Made by a program: the position numbers and the translations under genes
Notes under the pieces: model-generated
The model's database searches: none
The model's input: only the letters and a program-made list of their open reading frames with translations
What the model was told of the DNA's origin: nothing
DNA from: Centroscyllium fabricii
Taxonomy: Eukaryota
Length of the DNA: 64,000 bases
Direction: 5' to 3'
Assembly: GCA_051313645.2 (NCBI GenBank)
Contig: JBNRSN020000008.1
Location: forward strand, 236,964,001 to 237,028,000
Shown: piece after piece, positions 25,386 through 38,287 of the stretch
Position numbering within the stretch: position 1 is the first letter of the stretch
Layout of the letters: every line of letters starts with the position of its first letter

Positions 25386-26489
25386 AGGAAGGGGGGGGGG
25401 GGAAATCAAGAGTGCACTTAAGTAATTTGTGAAATACCTGCAATTTATCACATCAAATTGCTCCTACAAGTAAAGTCCTCCAAGAACGACTTCTTTACAC
25501 AATGTATAGTTCAGCTGTGCTATAAACATATTTATCATATCACTGGGTATTTTTCTCCAGTTTGTGTAAAATACACACGTGCTCCAAAGACACAATACCA
25601 TTACACCATCTATGGGATCATTTATACCTCATAACAACTAGGCTTCATTCCATGAGACAATTCAAAAGAAAATTACTTTCTCCACAAAACTTGGATAGCA
25701 GAGCATTAAGAGTAATTCAACCATCATTCTGACATTGATGGACACTAGCATCTCCAGCAGCAAGTCCTCCTACCTCTCATTAAATACAGCTTCATAAACA
25801 CTATTCTAGGGATCCATTATGGAAACTTTCCATATGTTGCATAAATCAGTAGTACAGGCCAAATGACCGAGTGTAAAAACAGATTGAATTGTCAATACAA
25901 TTTATAACAAAAACAGCTTTTGAATACTGTAATATTAAAACATATTCCTTATTAAACACAAATCACATTACCTAACGGTTCAGATGGCTGATAACTATTT
26001 TAACTTGTATTTTTATGTCAAGGGTGTGGACACCCCAAGGCATTAAGTGCAACTTTCACCCCAAAAATGCAGACGTGTTTACTGAAACATTTGTGATGAA
26101 ACCCAACTCGAGTTCTCTAAAAAAAAAAATGTGCAACTGAGCGTTGAGCACAATCCGACAAAAAACAGAAAATCCTGAATAATGCACCGATATTGTTGTG
26201 GAGCTTGTTATAGATTTGCAAATAAAATAAGAAGGAAAGGGGAAATTGTAGACTGTTGCCATCAAACCAACTAAAGTACGTTTCTTTGCGAATTTTACAA
26301 GGATGTGATTTTTGTTTTACACATAGACCGGAAAGAAATGGGCCAAGTTAGAGGCGGGGGGGGGGGGGGGGGGGGAGAGGAGCTGTGGGAGTCACTGGAG
26401 TTAGTCAGCTGGACTGTGGGTGGGTGCCCGGCCCGGCCCAGCCCATCCCCCCCAGCTCCTATTTACAATCTGCTGCTTGCAGCTTTTTT

Positions 26490-27090
26490 TTATTTGCGAG
26501 ATTGCGCACCGCGCATCCAACACACGTCGCCACCGCAATGAAAACAAAGGGAGGCTGAGGGGGAGGGGGAGGTGCGGCTGCTGCGGGTCGGGCCGGGCCG
26601 GCCGGGCCTGGGCGGATAAAGCCCCCGCCGTCATTAACAAAGAGCGGCGATGCTGCGAGCCGCCGCCCGCACACATTAATACAGCGGGAAAGAGGAGGCT
26701 TCATTGATTGGGGGCCGGGCCCGCTCACCTGGCAGAAGCGCTGGCAGTAATCCCCGGACGACTCCACGGACACCCCGAGCTCCCGCAACTGGTTGCCCAG
26801 CTCCCGCAGCTTGTCCGTCAGCTTTCTCACGTCTGCACCCACCTCCCCGGCCGCCATCTTGCTGCTGCGCTCATGGCCTGGAACGCGCCCCTCCCCCCCC
26901 CCGCCCCGATCTGACGTGACGTGACGTGACGTGACGCCGCGCCGCTGATTGGCCCGGCCGCGCCGCCGCAGGAGTGGGCGCCAGAGAAGCCAGACTGTCA
27001 TGGCGTTGCAATGTGTGTTAGCGCTCGGGACCCGGCACACTGACAGAGCAGAGCGACCCGACCCGACCCCGAAACAAGCGGCAGCAAACC
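26490..27090 (-). promoter_or_regulatory. CpG-island promoter with GC box, (TGACG)x5 CRE/ATF half-site array (26912-26936), CCAAT box (~26948) and a YY1 motif over the ATG
   Basis: High CpG density in non-repeat DNA around the first coding exon; motifs read directly. Confidence 0.8.
26729..26857 (-). CDS. Coding exon 1 of a ZNF292/RLF/ZNF654-family zinc-finger gene (MAAGEVGADVRKLTDKLRELGNQLRELGVSVESSGDYCQRFCQ)
   Basis: Strong Kozak AAGATGG; 129 bp, phase 0, donor CAG|GTGAG; ends in DYCQRFCQ like the N-terminal motifs of ZNF292 (DYCQQLCQ), RLF (NYCRSFCQ) and ZNF654 (DYCRRFCQ); paralogue not resolvable from this exon. Confidence 0.85.
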
Positions 27091-27130
27091 CTGCTGTGAG
27101 GCAACAGTGCTAACCACTATGCCACCGTGG

Positions 27131-27870
27131 GCGGCACTGTTGCCTCACAGCACTGGAGACCCGGGTTCAAATCCGACCTCGGGTGACTGTGTGGAGTTTG
27201 CACATTCTTCCCGTGTCTGCGTGGGTTTCCTCCGGGTGCTCCGTGTTAAGTCTATGTTAGTAGGAGGACGAATAACGACAGACTCAGGTTAAGGTTCTAA
27301 ACTGGGTGATGTTTACTGTGCATGGTAAAATCACAACGTAACCAGTAGCGCTCCTCGCGCTAACATATTTACATGTAGCTCACAGCAGAGTCTAGTAGAG
27401 AACTGAACAGAAACTACACACACACGCTTATATACACGACAGTGGCTGGTAAGGGTACTGCAGCCTGGTGGCATCACATGATACAGTGCCCAGCACCATC
27501 CTTAAAGGCACAGGCAATCGGATAGCACCGGGGTGATATAGAGAGGTGATGCCGAGGTAGAGTCTAGCATCAGCAGTACATAGGTGTATGTTGTCCATAC
27601 ACCGCACTCCGGTTTCCTCCCACAGTCCAAAGATGAGCGGGTTAGGTTGATTGGCCATGATAAATTGACCCTTAGTGTTAGGGGGATTGAATATGTGGGG
27701 TTACGGGGATAGGGTGAGATATGTGTCGGTGCAGGCTCGATAGGGATGAGGGTACAAGGCAGGGATAGGGTGCTGGGTTTGGATGATCAGCCATGATCTC
27801 ATTGAATTGCTGAGCAGGCTCGAGGGGCCGAATGGCCTACTCCTGCTCCTATCTTCTATGTTTCTATATC
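27131..27870 (+). mobile_element. HE1-type SINE interrupted by a solo LTR and preceded by an inverted head fragment (27092-27130)
   Basis: HE1 sequence resumes exactly after the insertion (CTCCG|GTTTCCTCCC). Confidence 0.8.
27244..27606. mobile_element. Solo LTR
   Basis: TG...CA ends, 5-bp TSD CTCCG (27239-27243 and 27607-27611). Confidence 0.8.
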
Positions 27871-28065
27871 CTGCGGCTCAGCAGCTGCGTCCCAGACAGG
27901 ATATTTTGCACCAGACATGCGCGGCATTGAACTTTGGGTCATGGTGGTCGCCCACACGGTCTCTCTCCCACACAGTGATGGGTGTGAGCCACGGCCCGGT
28001 GGGCACCAACTCTCACCCACTTCACTTCACAGACTGCAGCACACAAGTCCAGGCTGACACTGCCA

Positions 28066-29152
28066 TAGCAAAATCCTGCGGATGCTGGAAATCTGAAATA
28101 ACAGAAAACGCTGCAAAAACTCAGCAGGCCAGGCAGCATCGGTGGAGAGAGGAGCAGAGTTGACGTTTCCGCCACATCCAGCGTGATCCCATCACCAAAC
28201 GCATCTTCCCATCACCTCCCCTTTCCACATTCCGTAGGGACCGCTCCCTCCGCGACACCCTTGTCCACTCCTCTACCACCCCCAGCACCCCTTCCCCTTC
28301 GCCCGGCACCTTCCCATGCAAGCGCAGGAGGTGCAACACATGCCCTTATACCTCCTCCCTTCCCACGGTCCAGGGCTCCAAACACCCCTTCCAGGTGAAA
28401 CAGCGATTTACTTGTACTTCCTGCAATTTAGTATACTGTATTCACTGCTCATGATGTGGTCTCTTTTACATTGGGGAGACCAAACGCAGATTGGGTGACT
28501 GCTTTGTGAAACACCTCCGTTCAGTCCGTAAGGGGGACCCCGAGCTCCCGGTGGTCTGTCACTTTGATTCTCCACTTCACTCCCATTCAGACCTCACTGT
28601 CTGGCCTGTTGCATTGTTCCACGGAAGCTCAGCATAAACTCGAGGAACAGCAACTCATCTTTCGCTGAGGCACTCTACAGCCCTCTGGACTAAACATAGA
28701 GTTCAACAATTTTAGATCATAACCTCGGCCCCCACTACACTTTTTTACAGATATACATTTTCTCTCTTATTTCAATCCACACTTTCGTCTGGGATTTTTT
28801 CTTTACTCTGCTAAAGCTGTTCACACCTATTCTGAGCCATCCTGTGTTACTTCAATTTCTCCGCATATCTCTTATCTCCCCACCTTCTAGCCTGTCGCTG
28901 TTCTTTCGGCCCTTTCCCCAGCCCCCACTCCCCCCTTTTCCCCAGCCCCCACTCCCCCCTTTCCCCAGCCCCCACTGCCCCCCTTTCCCTTGCCCCCACT
29001 CCCCCCCCCCTTTCCCCAGCTTTAAAATCTATCCCCCCTCCCGGCTTCTCTAGTTTTGAAAAAAGGTCATCGACCTGAAACGTCAACTCTGCTCCTCTCT
29101 CCACCAATGCTGCCTGGCCTGCTGAGTTTCTCCAGCGTTTTCTGTTGTTATT
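28066..29152 (+). mobile_element. Penelope-like element 3' part (GIY-YIG endonuclease) with an inverted pseudo-LTR at its 5' end
   Basis: Translates FQVKQRFTCTSCNLVYCIHCS*CGLFYIGETKRRLGDCFVKHL; 28066-28169 is the reverse complement of ~29077-29152. Confidence 0.85.
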
Positions 29153-29490
29153 CCAGGCTGACAGTGCAGTGCTGAGGGAGTGCTGCACTGTCGGAGGAGA
29201 TGTTAAACCGAAGCCCTGTCTGCTCTCTTGGATGTAAATATCTCATGGCAATATTTTGAAGAAGACCGGGGAAGTTATCCTGGCCAATATATATCACTCA
29301 AATCAATATCATTAAAAAAACTTAACTGGTCATTATCACGTTGCTGTTTTTGGGAGCTTGCTGTGTGCAAATTGGCTGCCATGTTTCCCACATTACAACA
29401 GTGACTATAGTTCAAAAGTAATTAATTGGCTGTAAAGAGCTTTAGGATGTCTGGTAGTTGTGAAAAGTGCTATATAAATGCAAGTCTTAT
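29153..29490 (+). mobile_element. SacSINE1-like DeuSINE fragment
   Basis: AGTGCAGTGCTGAGGGAGTGCTGCACTGTCGGAGG ... GCTATATAAATGCAAGTCTT; homologous to 10868-11970. Confidence 0.7.
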
Positions 29491-29953
29491 TTCTCACATC
29501 TACAGATTTCTGATAGCAGTGTTGTAGTGGGGAGATGTATAAATACAGAGGTCAGGAAAGCAAGTAACAACGACACTGTGGTTCTGACAGGAAATTTTAA
29601 TTATCACGTGGACTGGGAGAAGCAGAACAGCTCAAATAGTCAAGGAAGCAAATTTCTAGATTGTATTTGAGATGGTTTTCTTCAATACATATTAAAACCA
29701 ATAACCTACTGGATTTAAATGATGAGTACGAAACCAAAATCAGTTAACAATCTGAAGGTAATAAGGCATCTTGCAAATAGTGACCATAATATATAATTTG
29801 ATACTAGGTTTTAGAGGGAAAAGGGAAGGTTTGCACACCAAAGTTTGGTTTAGAAGTGAATTGCCTGCAATAAACTTCGCTGAACTGTTAAAAGGATAAA
29901 CCTACAGATAAAATGTGGCAAGTATTCAAATAAATATTTGGTACAATACAAAA

Positions 29954-30358
29954 CGGCACGGTGGCATAGTGGTTATCACTGTTGCCTTACAGCACTAGAG
30001 ACCCGGGTTCAAATCCAGCCTCGGGTACTATCTGTGTGGAGTTTGCACATTCTCCCCGTGTCTGCGTGGGTTTCCTCCGGGTGCTCCAGTTTCCTCCCAC
30101 AGTCCAAAGATGTGCGGGTTAGGTTGATTGGCCAGGATAAATTGACCCTTAGTGTTAGGGAGATTAAATATGTGGGGTTACGGGGATAGGGTGGGATATG
30201 TGTCGGTGCAGGCTCGATGGGGATCGAGGGATATGGGGACACGGCAGGGACGGGGTGCTGGGTTTGGATGACCACCATGATCTCATTGAATGGCGGAGCG
30301 GGCTCGAAGGGCCGAATGGCCTACTCCTGCTCCTATCCTCTATGTTTCTATGTTTCTA
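29954..30358 (+). mobile_element. HE1-type SINE
   Basis: Full head, body and tail match to other copies. Confidence 0.9.
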
Positions 30359-30903
30359 AAACTAGTAAACTTAAAATTCAAGGGCACCACATTTTTTGTT
30401 GCGTAACCATGGTCACCAAATGAGGTAAGAGATGGTGCAGGGTACCAAGTTCAAAGGAAAGGCTCACAGAAATGCAAGGACAATGGAAATCCAGCAGATC
30501 GGGAGAACTATAAAAGCAACAATGGATTACAAAGAAAGTCATGAGATGCAAAAAGCAATATAAAATAAATCATGCAAAGGGTAGCACAGAGAGCAGCAAA
30601 TGTTTTTATGAATATATTAAGAGAAGGAGACTGCTATAAGCAAGTATTGGTCTGTTAAAGACAGATGCTGGTGAGACTATAATGGACAATAATTAAATGG
30701 CAGTCTTGTTAAATGAGTACTTTGTACCTTTTTTCACAGTGGAGGAAGAGGACAAAATACCAGCGTTACAATGGAACCTAAAAATAAATCAAAGGATAGA
30801 ATATAAAATCAAAGAGATAATGCTCAAACTTTATAAATCACCAGTTAGGACTCAGCTCGGGTACTGTGGACAATTCTGTGTGGACAATTCTGGTTACGCA
30901 ACA

Positions 30904-31150
30904 AAGTCCAAAGATGTGCGGGTTAGGTTGATTGGCCAGGATAAATTGACCCTTAGTGTTAGGTGGATTGAATATGTGGGGTTACGGGGATAGGGTGGGA
31001 TATGTGTCAGTGCAGGCTCGATAGGGATATGGGGACAAGGCAGGGACAGGGTGCTGGGTTTGGATGATCAGCCATGATCTCATTGAATGGCGGAGCAGGC
31101 TCGAAGGGCCGAATGGCCGACTCCTGCTCCTATCCTCGATGTTTCTATGT
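30904..31150 (+). mobile_element. HE1-type SINE, 5'-truncated
   Basis: Body and tail match to other copies. Confidence 0.8.
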
Positions 31151-32119
31151 AATTCTGGGCCCCACAGTTCAGAAAAGATGTAAAGGCCTTAGGAAGGGTG
31201 CAGAGGAGGTTTACCAGGATGTTACCAGGGATGGGGGACTTCAGTTCTGAGGAGAGGTTTATGAGGAGAGGTTGGAGATGTTCGGAGTGTTCACCTGGGA
31301 ACAGAGAAGGTGAAGAGGTGACCTAATAGAAGTTTTCAAGATGATGCAAGGTTTTGATAGAGGAGATAGAAAAATGATTCCCTCTGGTGAGTGGGTCAGT
31401 AACCAGAGAAAATAGATTCAAAATCACTGGCAAAAGATCCAGAGGGGAAAGACGGGGGAGATTTTTCACTGAGAGTGGTCGGGATCTGGAACGCTCGACT
31501 GGAAAAGGTGGTGGAAACTGATTCCATCAATAATTTTAAAAGGGCGGTGGACGGGTGCTTGAGGATGAGAAACTTACAGAGTTACGGACAAAAAGATGGG
31601 GTGTGGGACTGAGTACAATTGTTCGTTCTAAGAGTCAGCACAGGCCCGACGGGCTGAATGGCCTCCTCCTGTGCTGTCAGTTTATATGATTCTATGAACT
31701 TAGTGGATTTAATATAAGTTATAAATGGTAATGAAGCAACTAAAAGGACTTAAGATAAACAAATCTCAAGCACCTGATGATTTCCACCCCAGTGTATTAG
31801 AAGAAATAAGTGAAGAAATTGCAGATGCATGAGTCCGAATTTTCCAAACCTCTCTCGCTCTTTTGTGTTTAACATCTGTAGCTATACTAATTTTCAGTTC
31901 TCCATTCACCCTTATAATCACTTTCTTAACACAGTTCTGAAGTTGCCCTGTAACCGTCCCAGGGGACCCCCATCTCCCTCTCCCTGCAGGTCTTGTGAAG
32001 TTGATTTTTCTTTATTGTTCTTCTGATTGCCTTGTTGAGCAACTTAGGTTTACACTTGCTAATTTTAGGTGTTTATTTGTCCTTTATTATTATTAAGCAT
32101 GCCTTTGAAGGTGTGAGGC

Positions 32120-33778
32120 CGCCTATTTTCACCTCCATAACCTCGCCCGTCTCCACCCTTGCCTCAGCTCATCCGCTGCTGAAACCCTCATCCATGCCTT
32201 TGTTACCTCTAGACTTGACTATTCCAACTTGAGGTGATCCAAAACTCAGCTGCCCGTGTCCTAACTCGCACCAATCCCTTTCACCCATCACCCCTGTACT
32301 CGCAGACCTACATTGGCAGCGCCTCAATTTCAAAATTCTCATCCATGTTTTCAAATCCCTCCATGGCCTTGCCCCTCCCTATCTCTGTAATCTCCTCCAG
32401 CCCCACAAATCCCCCCGAGATATCTGCGCTCCTCTAATTATGCCTCTTGAGCATCCCTGATTATAATCGCTCCACGATTGGTGGCCGTGCCTTCTGTTGC
32501 CTCGGCCCTAAGCTCTGGAATTCCCTGCCTAAACCTCTCTGCCTCGCTCCCTATCTTTCCTCCTTTAAGACCTGCAAAAGGACATAGATAGGCTAAGTGA
32601 GTGGGCAGAGATTTGGCAGATGGAGTATAATACTGGAAAATGTGAAGTTATGCACTTTGGCAGGAAAAATAATAGAGCGAGTTATTATCTACATGGAAAG
32701 GAACTGGAAAGTACTTCAGTGCAAAGGGATCTGGGGGTCCTGGTGCAGGAAACACAAAAAGTTAATATGCAGGTGCAGCAGGTGGTAAGGAAGGCCAACG
32801 GAATGTTGGCTTTTATTGCGAAGGGGATTGAGTATAAAAGCAGGGAGGTCTTGCTGCAGTTGTACAGGGTATTGGTGAGACCACACCTGGAATACTGCGT
32901 GCAGTTCTGGTATCCATATTTAAGAAAGGACATACTTGCTCTCGAGGCAGTGCAGAGAAGGTTCACTAGGTTAATTCCGGGGATGAGGGGGCTAACATAT
33001 GACGAGAGGCTGAGTAGATTGGGCCTCTACTCATTGGAGTTCAGAAGAATGAGAGGCGATCTTATTGAAACATATAAGATTGTGAAAGGGCTTGATCGGG
33101 TGGATGCGGTGAGGATGTTCCCAATGGTGGGTGAAACTAGGACTAGGGGGCATAATTTTAAAATAAGGGGCTGCCATTTCAAAACTGAGATGAGGAGAAA
33201 CTTCTTCACTGGTGGGGCTGTGGAATTTGCTGCCCCAGAGAGCTGTGGAAGCTACTACGTTGAATAAATTTAAAACTGAGATAGGCAGTTTCCTGGAATT
33301 AAAGAGAATTAGGGGTTATGGTGAGCGGGCAGGTAAGTGGACGTGAGGCTAGGTTCAGATCGGCCATGTGATCTCCTGGACCAGTTTTCGATCGCCTAGA
33401 TGGGTCGGAGAGGAATTTTCCTGATTTCTTTTCTCCCAAATTGGCCACTGGGTTTTTTATCTGGTTTTTCGCCTCTCCCAGGTGATCACATGGGTCTGGG
33501 CGGGATGGAGAGTAAAAATAAAATTGAGGTTAGGATCAGATCAGCCATGATCTTGTTGAATGGCGGAGCAGGCTCGAGGGGCCGATTGGCCTACTCCTGC
33601 TCCTATTTCTTATGTTCTTATGTTAAAACCTCCCTCTTTGATCAAGATTTTGATCACCTGCCCTAATTTCTCCCTATGTTGCTCGGTGTCAAATGTTTTA
33701 TCTTTAATAATCCTGTGCAATGACTTTGGACATTTTACTACGTTAAAGGCGCTATATAAAAACAAGTTGTTGTTGTTC
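32120..33778 (+). mobile_element. L2 LINE 3' fragment interrupted by a CR1
   Basis: LIHAFVTSRLDY, IQNSAARVL and LWNSLP motifs; resumes at ~33624 with tail GCTATATAAA...GTTGTTG. Confidence 0.75.
32571..33621 (+). mobile_element. CR1 3' fragment with an extended, structured 3'UTR
   Basis: ORF 32620-33267 is a CR1 RT C-terminus; same 3'UTR as 39185-39500 (minus). Confidence 0.9.
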
Positions 33779-34601
33779 AACTTTTCCTTTGCAGAGATAT
33801 TAGTGAGTAATACATGTTTTGTTGTTCTCTTCTCTTGTTTGTCCTTTTCAAAATTGTTTATTTGGATGTTGAACCTGGGGAGTTTTGAATCGCAAACCAT
33901 GTCAGGTTTGATCATATTCTGCTCACTCGTATCCAGAGATACTGTGACTTTTCTTATTGCTGTCTCCTGAATGGTTTCCTCATATTTCATTTCGGATTGC
34001 AATGAAGTACATACAGTTCATAATAGATAGATTTTCTACCTCTGCTAGAGTAAACTCAGGCATTGCTATTTTCAAAGGTCTTTTTTATGTGAAAAATACA
34101 TTTAACAGAACTACTTTATCACTATATAATAATTTATACTCTGAAAATGCATGATGAAAATCTAGTGAAGACGAGACTTAGCCCTGGATTAATTTTTTGT
34201 TCCTCTCCCCATAAGCATGTCATATAGATACTCTGTGCAAGACAAATACAAAGACCAGAAAAATACATCAAAACACTCAAGTAGGAAACCATCATTCAAA
34301 GACTGACAACTGCCACACCAAAGGGGAATATTCTGCCTTTCTTGGTTGCGATCTGCATACCACAGATACCATTATCCACAGTAGGATTTCATAAAGAGAA
34401 AGAAGAGCCCATTGGTCTTGTTGGATCACAAAACACATGTCTATGAACCAAAGCTTGAATCCATCCAGTCTCTAAGTACATTAACCAAAGTTGTAGGGCT
34501 ACAACATTAGGAACAATGCTTACAGGATGAGTAGTTTCAGTCATCGAGACATATTATAAGGGTATATGTAACATTTTAAATGGCTGCTGGGATAACTTGG
34601 C

Positions 34602-36502
34602 TGTAGGATTTGCGAAATTTCCTGCTTTTCCCAGCCCTTGTAAAGAAAACTTGCAGTAAAATGGACACATTATAAATGGAGTCTGGGATCACATGACCAC
34701 AACTAAAAGCTAGTCATTTCTCCCCAGCAACAGAGCTAGACGCAGCTTGTTGTTTCAATCATGAATGTACTCACAGCTGCAGACAAGAGCATTGAATATG
34801 CATGCGAGGGCTGGCCAGCAGGCTCCCTAAAACAAAAGACACTTAATGGGATAATGATCAGCATTTATTTTGGGCAAAACATCAAAACAAGTCACTTCTA
34901 TTCAATCACAGACATACCAGTGTTCAGGTACAGAGCACACAAAGCCAGGCCATAAATAAGGCCATTAGTAGGAAATTGACCATTTTAACGACGTTTTACA
35001 TTAAGCACCAACTTTTGTTACACAGTAGCCCACCAAAAATTAAACAAAAGACTGACCTGATTTGGCGCCAAGATAAGGGCAATGCTCAAAGAATATAACA
35101 CAGGAATGAAGTCAAAAAGCAAGAATGAATGCCTGAGACGCAGGTGGGCAACCGAAGAAGGTTGGTGCTCCTATCCATGCGCAGGCACGACCCCTGGTCC
35201 GTACTGTAGTCTGCACTTTTCCCTGGCCATCGCCCGTGCCATACCATGAGGCCGGGACCCAACTGGGGCCAGGTACTAAGCAGGAACAGTGAAAACACCT
35301 CAGTACGGACCGGAGCAAGAGTAGGCCTTGCCTAAAAAACGGGAGTGACGGATTTGTCGCTCCAAACTGGTTTTGGACCACGAGAATTTTAAAGTCAATA
35401 AGCCGGCATCTGAAACGGGCCCCCAGCATTTATTCACCAGAAGAAGTTCCATCAGCTTGGAAGAAGAAGATCCATCACCTCAGCAGCCGTGAGACCACGA
35501 GGTGTCCATCCCTGAGGGACGAGAAGTTGCGTGGCACGTACGCGCTGCAGCCCTGCTGACCACATAAGGACGGAACACCTGAAAGACCAGAGCCAAAACT
35601 CAAAACCTTGTTTTTATTAATCCCAGGCTGGTGAGCATGAATTCTGACCCTTGGTAGTTGACCTATGATAGGTATAGGTATAGCGGGGGTGGGAGTTAAG
35701 TTTAAGTGATTGCTAAAACTCATTTATATCACTCGATGTGCCGTGCGCTTCCCAAACCTGTACCAATGTATAACGATTGAATTGTTTTTACCTGTAGTGT
35801 GCTATCAATAATTTTCTTCTTAATAAAACCTTTAAGTTTGTTTGACTCACTCAAGTCGTTTGTCTACCTGTGTTATTGCACCATTAGGGGAGGCGGTGGC
35901 GTAGTGGTTATGTCACTAGACTAGTAAGCCAGAGGCTCAGTCAAATGCTCTGAGGATATGGGTTCAAATCCCACCATGGCAGCTGGTGGAATTTAAATTC
36001 AGTTCAATTTAATTCTGGAATTAAATGTTAGTCTAGTAATGGCGACCATGATGCCATTGTCGATTGTTGCAAAAACCCATCTGGTTCACTAATGTCCTTT
36101 AGGGAAGGAAATCTGCCATCCTTACCTGGTCTGGCCTACATGTGACTCCAGACCCACAGCAATGTGGTTGACTCTTAATGTCCTCTGAAATGGCCTAGTA
36201 AGCCACTCAGTTGTAAACAACCGCTACGCAACATTGTGGGTGTACGTACACCATATGGACTGCAGCGGTTCAAGAAGGCAGCTCACCACCATCTTCTCAA
36301 GGGCAATTAGGGATGGGCACTAAATGCAGGCCTAGCCAGCCAGCGATGCCCACATCCCATCAACGAATAAAAAAAAAAATCAGTGGTCTGGCAATAAGCC
36401 CAGTGTCCAGAATCAGGAGGGGGAGTGGGAGCGCTTCGAAACCGCTCACGGGCAGGTACGAGCCAAATCGACCTCGCACACCACCCAGCCGAACCCCGTA
36501 CA
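34602..36502 (+). repeat. 5' LTR (~1.4 kb plus a SINE insertion)
   Basis: Direct repeat of 50167-52212; AATAAA at ~35822; TG...CA ends. Confidence 0.92.
35888..36378 (+). mobile_element. tRNA/CORE-type SINE inserted in the 5' LTR
   Basis: Absent from the 3' LTR; tRNA head, poly(A) tail, approximate TSD ATTAG/ATCAG. Confidence 0.85.
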
Positions 36503-36506
36503 GAAA

Positions 36507-36524
36507 TGACGACCACGGCAGGAC
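36507..36524 (+). other. Primer-binding site, tRNA-Arg(TCG)-like
   Basis: TGACGACCACGGCAGGAC just after the LTR, 2 mismatches from the recalled tRNA-Arg(TCG) 3' complement TGGCGACCGCGGCAGGAC. Confidence 0.7.
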
Positions 36525-36554
36525 ACTGGCCACAGGCCTCTGGTGTGGTAGACA

Positions 36555-38287
36555 ATGGCTCAGGGGTGTCAAATGTTATGGAAGAGAGGATTTCAGATTA
36601 TGTGTTCAGTAAGGTGAATCTGACTAAGAAGTGGATTACCGCTCTGTTAAAGGCTGGGCACCCAGTAGACGCTGCAGCTAAGTAGACAGAGGGGAAGGAG
36701 CATAAGAAATCTCTCGAAAAGGCCGTGTGGCTGTGTTGTTATAAGAAGCAGCTCCAGCTTCTAGATGGGCTCCAAGCAGCGAGGTTAAAGGAGCTAGACC
36801 TGGAGGTTCAGGAGAAAGCTCTAGCGGAAGAAAAGTTAGTGATGGCGCTACAGACCCTCAGTCAGGAGAGGGTACAGTTAATAGGGGAGCATAAGGCCCA
36901 ATTGGAGTACCTGCAGTGCCAAGTCACCGAGGCTAAAGGGCATGAGTTTAGGTTACGGGATAAAAGTGCCCGCCTGACAAGGGAAGTCAGGGAACACGAT
37001 GAGAAAGTAAGGGAAGTACAGGCCCGCGAGCAGGGGTTTGAGGATACAGATCACAGATCCTGTCTGGAAAAGATAGAGAAACTGAGCTGGGCCCTCCGGA
37101 AGGCAAAAGGCATGGTATGTCTCGTAAGCCCAAAGGCAGGTCAGGCAGATTTCTTGGGGAATGAGGGTAGGGCCCTTCCAGTGGCCCAAGTAGTGTTGAG
37201 GGACGACCCAGTAGTAAGGGAGGAAACCCTACATCCACCACCCACTATGCCAAGCTTCGGCAAAGTGTGGCACAAAGGGGAGGTGGAAGTGGAGGTGGTG
37301 CGAGCCCCGGAGAGGTCGGGAGCATGGCCCATGTGCCCGGCCCGGCTGCAGAGGCTGGGACCAGCCATTGGTGGTGACCTAGAGGGACCGCTCCAAAACC
37401 AGTTCATAGTGCCTTACAACACGCAGCAGCTGAGGAGTATGGTCAGCCATATCCTGAAGCTATCCCAAAAGGGAGACCCCTCGGTCCATTTCAGGGAGAT
37501 AGAGCAGGCAGCCAGCGTCAATGACTGCGATGACGCTGAACAGGCCAAAATGCTGCTATTCTCCCTGGAGAGCAGCCTCCGCCAGGCCCTCTCTGATGGG
37601 AATAAAAGAGGGCAGAGTGGGTACGAGGAGCTGATAAAGCCATGGTAGAAGCCCTGGGGATGGATGAGGGAAGTCCCTTCTCCCGCGTGGAGAAGACGGT
37701 CCAGCTAACAGGGGAAACTCCGCAGGCATTTGCGGACTGGCCGTGGCCGGTGTACCGGAGAGCTTTTCCAGGGATGCCCAACTGGGCACTCCTGCACGGG
37801 GACATCCTGGCTCACTGGCTCCGTTGCTTGGTGGCGAACAGCCTACCACAAGACCGAGCGAAAGCGGAGGCATGGTTCGACCGCAAGGACCCCAGCAACA
37901 CCGAAGCCGCGGTGATCAGGCAGCTAACTCTGGCCTATAAGAACGGTCGGGGAGCCGAGGCAACCCAGCCAAAGGGAAGGTGCATGAGGCAAGGCCCGGA
38001 CCGGGTAGGAAAGAGTGGCGCCAGGAAGGGACTAATTCTCCCCACCCAAATTGAACTGCTATGGGTGTGGGAAGGATGGCCACTGGCAGAAAGAGTGCAG
38101 GAATCCGTGGAAGGATTCAAGGGGAAAGACTCCCACAGCCCCAGCCCAGCCGGAGGGGGCAGGAGTCCGGTCCACCCAGGTCGAGATACTTTTGGACACC
38201 ATGAGGTCCATATTGTCTGGCCAGGGAAAGGTAGCAATGGCTACCGGCACTCTAATGCCGTCAGCCCCCACCAACCCCCAGCCCTGA
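36555..38287 (+). pseudogene. gag: gag (coiled coil, capsid-like region, CCHC zinc knuckle), disrupted
   Basis: ORFs 36425-36685, 36725-37648, 37642-~37980 and 38051-38287 (CYGCGKDGHWQKEC); ends TGA-CTAG. Confidence 0.8.

Larger units (their letters stand above)
29500..31830 (+). mobile_element. Old decayed CR1 with nested HE1 SINEs and a nested CR1 3' fragment (~30795-31696)
   Basis: GNFNYHVDW, SDHN, LLNEYF and APDDFHP..L remnants; nested pieces interrupt collinearity. Confidence 0.65.

Noticed and set aside
26459-27040. 193-aa single-exon ORF across the CpG island
   Set aside because: Only 26729-26857 has family similarity, Kozak context and a donor site; the rest is GC-rich open frame
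33610-34002. 130-aa minus-strand ORF that looks protein-like
   Set aside because: Half lies in L2 tail sequence; no recognisable motif or splice sites
35112-35429. Antisense ORFs present in both LTRs (also 50674-51006)
   Set aside because: Shared only because the LTRs are duplicates; no motif support
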